This document shows, piece after piece, positions 55,920-64,000 of a stretch of 64,000 nucleotides of DNA. How positions within the stretch are numbered: the stretch's first letter is position 1; the number at the start of each line of letters is the position of its first letter. A model generated the notes under the pieces. The model had not been told where the DNA came from and ran no database searches. It saw only the letters and a program-made list of their open reading frames with translations. The stretch lies in the NCBI GenBank assembly GCA_025594325.1, contig JANHCV010000010.1, positions 1,178,001 to 1,242,000 on the forward strand. The letters are read 5' to 3'. Origin of the DNA: Blastocladiella emersonii ATCC 22665 (taxonomy: Eukaryota; Fungi; Blastocladiomycota). Position numbers and translations under genes: made by a program.

Positions 55920-57818
55920 ATGTCATCGACCCCGACCAAGCCCGCGCCCGTCGCGACGTTTGCGAACCAGGACAAGCTGCCGCGTCTGCCGATCCCTTCG
56001 CTCGAGGCGACGCTGGCCAAGTACCGTCGGACGCTGGAGCCGCTGTACGGCGCCGCCGAGCTGGCGCGGACCGACGCAGCGATCAAGCAGGCGCTCGAGT
56101 CGGGCCAGCTGGCCGAGCTGCAGCGTCGTCTCGAGGCGTACGACCGGACGCAGCCCAACTCGTGGCTCGAGTCGTGGTGGTACAACCTCGCGTACCTGTC
56201 GTGGCGCGTGCCGCTCATGATCAACTCCAACTGGTGGATGTTTGTGCGCGACGACCACCTGCCGTACGTGGGCGCGATCAAGCGCGTCGCCAAGGGCACG
56301 TTCACGGACGTGCAGGTCCGCCGCGCCGCCGGGCTCGTGTCGAACCTCGTCAACTACAAGGAGCTGATCGACGCCGAGAAGATCCCCGCCGAGTCGACCA
56401 AGGCCGGCCCGCTGTGCATGGACCAGTACCGCCACATGTTCGGCGTGACGCGCGTGCCCAAGGAGGGCATGGACGTGCTGGTGCGCGAGTTCCCGGCGCG
56501 CGCCCGCCACATTGTCGTCCTGGCCCGCGACCAGTGCTACCGCGTCGACGTGTACACGCGCGACGGGTCGCGCCGCCTCGCGCTAGCCGACCTCGAGCGC
56601 CAGCTGCACGCCGTGATCGCAGACGTGACGTCCGCCGACTTCACCCCCGACTTCCCCGTGCCCGTGCTGACGGCCGAGCACCGCGACACGTGGGCGCGCG
56701 CGTACGCGCGGCTGGGCGAGCTGGACGCGGCGAACCGCGCGTCTCTGGCGGCCATCGAGTCGGCGCTGTTCACGGTGTCGCTCGACGACTACGCGCCGAG
56801 CGCGGACCTTGACGAGGGCCACCGCGTCATCGCGCACGGGCTCAACGGGCACAACCGGTGGTTCGACAAGGCGCTCAACGTGATCGTGACCGCCAACGGG
56901 CGCGGCGGGTGCAACGGCGAGCACTCGCCCCAGGACGCACTCACGCCCGCCGTCATGTTCGAGCACGTTGTCCAGCACGAGCCCGCCGTCGACGCGCCCG
57001 GGTGCGCGCCCGCGGGCACCGCCGACGTCGCGCCCGCGCAGCGTCTGCGGTTCCACACGCACGGCGACGCGGCCATGGCCAAGTTCCTGGCCGACGCCGA
57101 GGTCAACAACCGCAAGGCGATCGCCGACTCGGACATCGGGATCGCGGTGTTCGACGGGTACGGGTCCGACTTCATGAAGAAGCACGCCAAGGTGTCGCCC
57201 GACGCGTACATGCAGCTGGCGATGCAGCTCGCGCACTTCCGGCTGCATGGCCACCTGGTGCCGACCTACGAGACGGCCAGCACGCGCGCCTTCAAGCACG
57301 GCCGCACCGAGACGTCGCGCACGCTGCTCACCGAGTGCAAGGCGTGGGTCGAGGCCATGGCGCGGCCCGGGGTGGGGGCGGCCGACCGCCTCGCGCTCCT
57401 GCGCGCCGCGGCCGCGGCTCACGGCAAGTACATCAGCGAGGCGTCGCGCGGCATGGGCGTCGACCGGCACCTGCTGGGTCTGCGCCTCGTGATGCAGCCC
57501 GGCGAGAAGTGCCCCGTGTTCGAGGACCCCGCGTACGCCGACTCGTGCACCTGGCGCATGTCGACGTCCGGCCTCAGCAACAACTCGTACAAGGTGCTCC
57601 ACGGCACTGGGTTCGGGTGCGTCGCGCCCAACGGGTACGGGTGCAACTACTACGCTGGGCCCAACGTCATCCATTTCGGGATCGAGTCGAAGCGGTCGTG
57701 CCCCGAGACGTCGACCGACATGTTCCGCATCCACCTCCTCGGCGCGCTCAACGAGGTCAAGGAGATGGTTGTCCAGGGCAACGCGGCCGCGGGTACCGCG
57801 GGGAAGAGCAAGCTGTAA
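55920..57818 (+). CDS. Carnitine O-acetyltransferase family protein with PTS1 (SKL)
   Basis: LPRLPIPSLEATL, NRWFDK, EHSPQDA (catalytic His), YETASTRAFKHGRTE, HGKY..G.GVDRHL and MSTS. Ends GKSKL*. Confidence 0.93.
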   Translation: MSSTPTKPAPVATFANQDKLPRLPIPSLEATLAKYRRTLEPLYGAAELARTDAAIKQALESGQLAELQRRLEAYDRTQPNSWLESWWYNLAYLSWRVPLMINSNWWMFVRDDHLPYVGAIKRVAKGTFTDVQVRRAAGLVSNLVNYKELIDAEKIPAESTKAGPLCMDQYRHMFGVTRVPKEGMDVLVREFPARARHIVVLARDQCYRVDVYTRDGSRRLALADLERQLHAVIADVTSADFTPDFPVPVLTAEHRDTWARAYARLGELDAANRASLAAIESALFTVSLDDYAPSADLDEGHRVIAHGLNGHNRWFDKALNVIVTANGRGGCNGEHSPQDALTPAVMFEHVVQHEPAVDAPGCAPAGTADVAPAQRLRFHTHGDAAMAKFLADAEVNNRKAIADSDIGIAVFDGYGSDFMKKHAKVSPDAYMQLAMQLAHFRLHGHLVPTYETASTRAFKHGRTETSRTLLTECKAWVEAMARPGVGAADRLALLRAAAAAHGKYISEASRGMGVDRHLLGLRLVMQPGEKCPVFEDPAYADSCTWRMSTSGLSNNSYKVLHGTGFGCVAPNGYGCNYYAGPNVIHFGIESKRSCPETSTDMFRIHLLGALNEVKEMVVQGNAAAGTAGKSKL

Positions 57819-58111
57819 GGACTTGCTCGCAGCAGAGTTTGATTGGTTTGTGGCATGGAAACACGTTGTTACCGGGTGTTTCCCGTTCGTTTTTCGTCAT
57901 CAATCGTCTTCGGCTGAGTGGAGAGGAGAGGGGAGGAGTCGCGCAAGCAGCGGCCCGCGACGCGCCACGGCCACGCGACCGGCTTCGCGTCACGCGTTCT
58001 CGCGGCGAGCCGCCCTCCCTCCCTTTCTTCGCCTCGCCTCGCCCGCTCCTCTCCCCACGCTCTCTCTCCCCCACACACATTCATGTAACTAAACCACCCC
58101 CAGAACCCGCA

Positions 58112-59600
58112 ATGGAATCCTTCCGCTTCGTCGTCAACCAGGACAACGACTGCGTGTGCGTGTCGCGCGGGTCGCGGCTCGCCGTCTTCTCGACACCCGC
58201 GCACGCGGCGCCGCGGCTCAAGTCGCACATTGCGGTGGGCCCCGCCGGCCCCGCCGCGCCCGGCAACGAGGTGCACGCGCCCGCCATGCTGCACAAGTCC
58301 AATATCCTCGCGTTCGTCGTCGGCGCCAAGCGCAAGAAGGTACGCTCCCGCGGAGGATGAGCGTGGGACGGAGACTAACGCCCCGAAACAGCTCAGGGTC
58401 TACGACGACCTGAAATCCCGCACCGTGTGCGAGCTGGACTTCGAGTACCCGATCGCGCGCACCGTGCTACGGCGCGACGCCATTGTGACGCTGACGACGC
58501 ACGCCCTGTGCGTGTACTCGCTCGCGCCCGCGCCCTCGAAACTCTTCGAGCTCCCGCTCGCCGCCTCGACGCTCCTCGCCGTTTCCTCGTCGCGCGCCGC
58601 GCGGTTCGTCGTCGCAACCGAGACCCAGCAGCGCGGGCACCTGCAAATCCTGGACCTGACGCCGACGCTCGTCGGGCGCGCGGTCCCCTCGCAGGGGATC
58701 CTGATCGTCAAGGCGCACGACTCGACGGTCCGCGCGATTGCGGTTTCGCCCGACGGATCGCTCGTGGCCTCGGCGAGCGACCGCGGGACTCTGATCCGGA
58801 TCTGGGACGCGGCGACGGGCGCGCAGTGGCGCGAGCTGCGCCGCGGCGTGGATACGGCCGCGATCCACGCCATCACGTTCTCGGCGGACGGGACCCGGCT
58901 CGTCGTCGTCTCGGATAAGGCCACCGTGCACGTGTTCCACGTCGGGGCCGCGGGGATGCCGGCGAGCCCCACGACCAGCGGCGGCGGCGGCGCCGGGTGG
59001 ACTGGGTTGTCGCCGACCAGCCCGTCGGTATCTGCTGCCGCGGGCGGTGCGGCGAGGGCGGGAGGCGGGCGGCCGTCGCTCGACCGGTCATCCTCGTCGT
59101 CCTCGGGCTCGTCGTCGGTCGCGACAACGGTCGCCGCGGCGGCGGCGCAGCGGCCCGTCTCACCGTCATCCTCATCCACGTCGTCGTCGTACGTGACGTC
59201 GCCCGCCGTCGGCGTCGGCGCGGGCCCTCCGCGCTCCACCACCTCCAACCCTGCAGGTCTCAGCACCACGCTCGCCCCCGGTCCCGGCGCGGGCACGAAC
59301 ACGCGCTCGCACCTCGCGTTCCTGACCCCTCTCCTGCCCGCGTACTTTGGGTCCGAGTGGTCGTTCTCGTCGTGCAAGATCCCGCTGACCGACGACCCGT
59401 CGCGGCCTCCGCCGACGGTCCCGCCGCTCCTGGCGTGGCAGGTCGCGGACTCGGACAAGGTCATGGTGACGTGCGCCGACGGGCGCGTGTGGCGGTTCGC
59501 GTTCGACCGGCGGCGCGGCGGCGATGGGATCCTTGACGGGGTGTGGCGGCTCGCGTGGGGTGACGGTGAGGGGGAGGTGCCTGTCATGGAGGATTTGTGA
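58112..59600 (+). CDS. PROPPIN WD40 protein (Hsv2/WIPI3-4/Atg18 family), 2 exons
   Basis: FVVNQDNDC, IVKAHDSTVRAIAVS..LVASASDRGTLIRIW, ELRRG lipid-binding motif, SDKATVHVF and YFGSEWSF. Intron 58340-58391. Confidence 0.92.
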
Positions 59601-61334
59601 GGCGACGTGATGTCAAGCAGAGTGTATATATGTAAGCTTTTGTGGTCGTCGTCGCGGTGTGGTCAGTCGGCAGAGGAACTGTCCCTCAGCGAGCTTGGCG
59701 GCCAGGGCCAGGAATGGACGCGGAGCGCTTGGCGCCGCGGGAGTCAGGGACGCACGGAAGGAAGTCGCTTGTGCTCGGCGACCAGAGCCATCGATCGTGT
59801 CCGCGCACGCACGCCGTCAGCGTAAAAGGAAGGTCGGCCGCCAAGAGCGCCAAGGCGGCCACGACGTATTCCTGGCCACGGCGGCCGCGGCCATCGCGGC
59901 GATCCAGGGTTCCTCCCGCTCGGCGAGTCAGCAGCAACGGGCGAACGGCCGCAGTCTCGATGACACACACGGCCCCGGAAGAATCGCGAAGGCGGAGTGC
60001 GCGACGAGCGCGACAGGCGGGGCGCGCTGCCTGCGTCCGACCGAATCTCGGCCGCGGCCGCGGGCCCCCCGTCGGCGCACTCGCGCACAGGCGCACAGGC
60101 AGGCGGGCCGTTTTCGCACGGTCCGCGACGATGGCGGCGGCGGGGGCCAAGAAAGGTGAAAAGGTTGAGCTTGCCGCTGCCGTCGCGGCGAGCGGGCTTC
60201 CCACACGATCCCCTCGCTCTTCTGAGGGACAGCGTCGATCAACCAACCCTAGCTCGCGGCGATCATCCTCATCGTCGCCGTCACCGCAGCCGCGTAGCCA
60301 GCAACGCGCCCCGAGAACGGAGCGCCCGACCAAATTGGACCTGCGTGCCCCGCATTGGGACCCGCCCGGGAGCGCTGCATTGGCGCCCATCTCACCCCGT
60401 CGTCGTCGTCACCAGGACGCCGGCACCCCAGGATCCCACGGTGCCGCCGTCAGCGTTGCACCGAGTGCGGAGCGGCGGCGTGCGTCCAGAGCGGCGAAGC
60501 GTCGCGAGCGGTGGCCGTGAACCGACAGCGGTGCTGCGCCGTCGGCGCCCGCAGCGCCGGCAGCGCCTAATCCGTCACGTCGCCTGGGCCGCTCAACTCA
60601 TCACCGACGCTCCCGCTCCCTCTCTCCTCCCGCCTCCATCGGCGCTCCCCTCGTCCTCCGCTTCGGCTCCTTCGACGCCGGCCCAGAACGCACCAGAAGC
60701 CGCGCGACCGAGCAGTAGCTGCACTAGTCGCCGCAGCGCTCTTCAACACCGACACGACGACCCTGACGCTGCTGCGACCACCACCACCACCATGTCGACT
60801 GCCGCCGCTGCCCGCCCGCCGCCGCGCCCGCTGCCCGCCGTCACCGACTCGCCAGGTACGCACGCACGCGCGCTCGCGCTTAACTCATCCTCCTGTGGCG
60901 CGCGCGAGGAGGGGAAGGAGAAGCGGGTGGAAGGAGGAATAGTGTCTCGCGGCCGCCGGCCGCCGATGCATACGTGTCTCTCTGTCCGCCCCGGTCCGGC
61001 CCGATGCGCCGGTCGGTCGCCGAGTGCTTCGCCACTCCGTCCGCCGCCGGCCGGCGATGACGATGCGGGTGCCCGACGGGGCATCGAAATGGACGTAGAA
61101 CACGGTGCCGCCGCGCTGGCCGCTGCTGCCCGCTGGTCGTTCCCTTCTGAGACATCTGCCCGCTTCTTCCCTGGTCGCCTCGCCTCGCCTCGCCGCCCGC
61201 TTCTTCACCTTGGCGCCCTCGCCGCCCTGAAGAGGGCGCGCTCTCCCTCTCCTCCTCTCGCCGACCACGACCCGACCAGAGACTAATACACGCAACGCAC
61301 GCAACCCTACGACTCGCTCATACCCCTCCCCACC

Positions 61335-63381
61335 ATGCACACGACGACCATGCCGACCTCCATGAACCGCCACCACCTCGCGCACGCGCACCACCACGAC
61401 GCGCCACCCGCACCCGCAGCCGCGCCCGCCGCCGGCAAGATGGACCTGCTGACGTTCCCCGTCAAGGAGACGGTCGGGATGATGGCGTCGCTGCTGGAGC
61501 ACATCACGCGGGCCAACGACCAGCTGCCGCTGCCCGGCGGCGTCGTGTCGCGGTTCCACGCGCGGTCGGTGCCGCCCATCTCGATCCACAGCTACGTGAA
61601 CCGCATCCTCAAGTACGCGCCGTGCGCCAACCTCGTCTTCATCTCGGTCCTCGTCTACCTCGACCGCATGGCCCGCGCCAAGGTCCCCTTTGTCGTGTGC
61701 TCGGCCAACATCCACCGCCTGCTCATCGCCGCCGTCATGGTCGCCACCAAGTTCTACTCGGACGTCTTCTACACCAACTCGCACTACGCCAAGGTCGGCG
61801 GGCTCGCCGTCATGGAACTCAACCAGCTCGAGCTCGAGTTTCTCTTCATGAACGAATTGTGCGTCTTCTCTCCTCCTCCTTCGTCTTCGTCGCTGCTGCG
61901 GAGCATCGTGCTGCGGGGTGCCCGATTTGGGCCCGCCGACCGGACCGTCCCTACCGTTCGCGGACCCGACCTTCGATCCCGTCGTTCGTCGAAGCAATAA
62001 TTAGCCTCGGGCGCACACTGACTCTGACACCGCCACTGACACACGACGCGCGTCCGCTCATAGCAACCTCATGATCTCGCCGCAAGAGTTCCAGCACTAC
62101 GCCGACCGGCTTCTCGAACACGCCATGGCCGAAAAGGCCCGCGCGCGCCTTGCCGCCGCCGCCGCCGCCACCGCCGCGGGCAACCTGTACCCGAGCCCAA
62201 ACACGTCCGAGAACGAGACGCAGCAGGCGTCGCACCTCGCCGCGTCGCCCAACGCCTCGGGCGTCGCGCCTGCCGCTGAGGGCGGGTCCGCCGCGCTCGG
62301 CGTCTCCACCGCGCCCACCGTCACGGCACCCATGCCGCACCCGCACCCGATGCTGCAGCAGACCACGTCGCCGACCGCCATGGCGCCGACCTCCGCCAAC
62401 GCGCACCCGCCGTCGTTTGCGCCCTACCAGTCGCCGCCGCAGCACCACGCCGACGGCGGGCCAACGCGCCGCGCGCTCCCCGCGTTCACTGGGAGTGCCG
62501 CCAACTCGCCCGTCATCTCTACCCCGCCACGGCAGCCTGGGCTCGGCGGCCAGCCGGGGCATTTCCCGCCGCCGCGCTCGGCGACCGCGCCCGTCGTTTC
62601 TGGTGCTGGTAGCGGTGCCGGCGCACCGGGCGTCTACCCGCCACCACCATCCGCCAACCAGCACGCGCCCGTGCGGTTGCCGTACTACCCGGCCGCCTCT
62701 TCTTCCTCGTCTTCTTCTCCCGCGGCACCCGGCGAGTTCCCGCCGCGGTTCCACCCGGGCCCACCACGCGCAACCGGCTCGCCTGCCCAGTCCCACGCCC
62801 TGTCCATGCGCCTGCCGATCCCGACCATCTCCGCGCCCGGTTCCGGCAACGGCTCGATGCTCGTCCCACCGACGCCCGCCCCCGGCCTGCGCGGCCCGAT
62901 GCCCGTGCAGCCGCAGCGCAACCCGTCGTCGCTGTACATCTCGTCGCGCACGCCGTCGCCCAACTCGGCCGCGGGGCTCGCCGCCGCCGCCGCCGGCGCA
63001 CCGATCCTCCCCGCGCTCCCGCGCATCCCGCACCTCGTCGTCCCCGGCGCCGGCGCGTTGGGGGGATCCGACCGGCTCTCGCCCAACGCCAACCCGCACC
63101 CGCTGTCCAACGTCACGACCAGCCCGGGCCACATGGTGTCGAGCCCCGGCGACATGGACGTCGCGCAGTCGCCCATGCCCGCGCACCACCGCGCCGCGTC
63201 GCCCATGGACGTCGCGATGCACGGGCATGGGCCTGCAGTGGGTGGGGGTGGCGGGGTGCCGAGTCTTCCGCGGTTCCGGTTCCAAGGGCCCGCGGCCGCG
63301 TCGCCGCTCGCGCCCGCGGGACCGGGGTATTACGGCAGCGGCCACCCGCCGGTGCAGCAGGCGTCGCCGATGCAGCAGTGA
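61335..63381 (+). CDS. Pho80/Pcl-family cyclin with a long Pro/Ser-rich C-terminus (2 exons)
   Basis: SRFHARSVPPISIHSYVNRILKY..YLDRM..NIHRLLIAAVMVATKFYSDVFYTNSHYAKVGG..ELNQLELEFL. Intron 61859-62063 joins EF|NLMISPQEFQHY. Confidence 0.92.
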
Positions 63382-63524
63382 ACGTGTTGTGTGATGTTGG
63401 GCGTGAATGCATTGCTGCGGCAGCGTTGTGTGTCCTCCCTATCCCTCTCGAGCCTTCATATTTCTACCCCACCCTCCATGATAGACCTTTCGTTACTCGC
63501 GAACAACCACATCATGTATGAACC

Positions 63525-63979
63525 CTACTGCTTCCGCGCAGCGCCCGACTGCACCACCTCCGCCAGCACGCGCGCCGGCTCGCCCAGGACGCCCGCGACC
63601 GCCGCGTCCGCGTGCACAAACAACTTCTTTCCACCCTTCTTCCCGCTCACCTCACTACCCGTCTTCGCGCTCAGCACCGCGTCCGCGTGCCACGTGCCGA
63701 AAATGACGTGGTTGGGCCGCACCGCGCCGAGCGCGACCGGCGTGTACACGCGGTGCCCGCGCAGACCTACCGTCTCGACGATCACCGGGTGCGCGGCGGC
63801 GTCAGAGGAAGGGAGCGAGGCCGCGTAGTCGGCGGCGTCGACTGCGGGGTCGCGGATTTCGTCGGCGGAGGTGGGCGCGGGCAGAGCCGAGGCGGGGGCG
63901 AGGGGCGCGTGGATCCGCGTCACGTACGACGACAGGCACCAGTGGATCAGCGACGTTGAGACGGCGGAGAAGCCGATGG
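63525..63979 (-). CDS. Last exon of a gene extending beyond the window; possibly TMEM70-family mitochondrial membrane protein
   Basis: Acceptor TTTAG, then AIGFSAVSTSLIHWCLSSYVTRIH (TM-like) ...VETVGLRG..HVIFGTW..KLFVH. The family assignment is by recollected similarity only. Confidence 0.45.
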
Positions 63980-64000
63980 CTAAACAACATGCGGTGTGTG

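Noticed and set aside
1-64000. tRNA, rRNA or other structured ncRNA genes
   Set aside because: None were recognisable by eye; tRNAscan-SE and Infernal were not run.

Overview
GC-rich eukaryotic DNA with short GT-AG introns. The gene content (axonemal AK9-like kinase, type IIC Na/K-ATPases, Pho80-like cyclin, chromovirus) suggests a zoosporic fungus, probably Blastocladiomycota; this is an inference. Housekeeping genes flank the window: two IIC P-type ATPases at 0-6.6 kb, an AK9-like gene at 26.6-31.6 kb, and at 52.7-64 kb an acyl-CoA ligase, ALKBH7-like, a PTS1 carnitine acyltransferase, a PROPPIN, a Pho80/Pcl cyclin and a partial TMEM70-like gene. Between them (7-52.5 kb) is a dynamic accessory array of nine paralogous genes with an F-box-like N-terminus, an ankyrin-like segment and RNI-type LRRs, in three subfamilies, plus one LRR-less ankyrin-like relative. 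The array shows hypervariable LRR beta-strand positions, gene-conversion mosaicism, a shared E-box+CGCG upstream motif and a 3.6-kb inverted duplication. Several copies are inactivated: one by a complete PIF/Harbinger transposon (TIRs, TAA TSD), one by a very young Ty3/Gypsy chromovirus (identical 174-bp LTRs, ACAAC TSD, self-priming-type PBS, GGGAAAC -1 frameshift site), and others by frameshifts or a nonsense codon. The best candidate for an undescribed system is this diversifying LRR receptor/adaptor array. Domain names come from motif reading only; no database searches were run.
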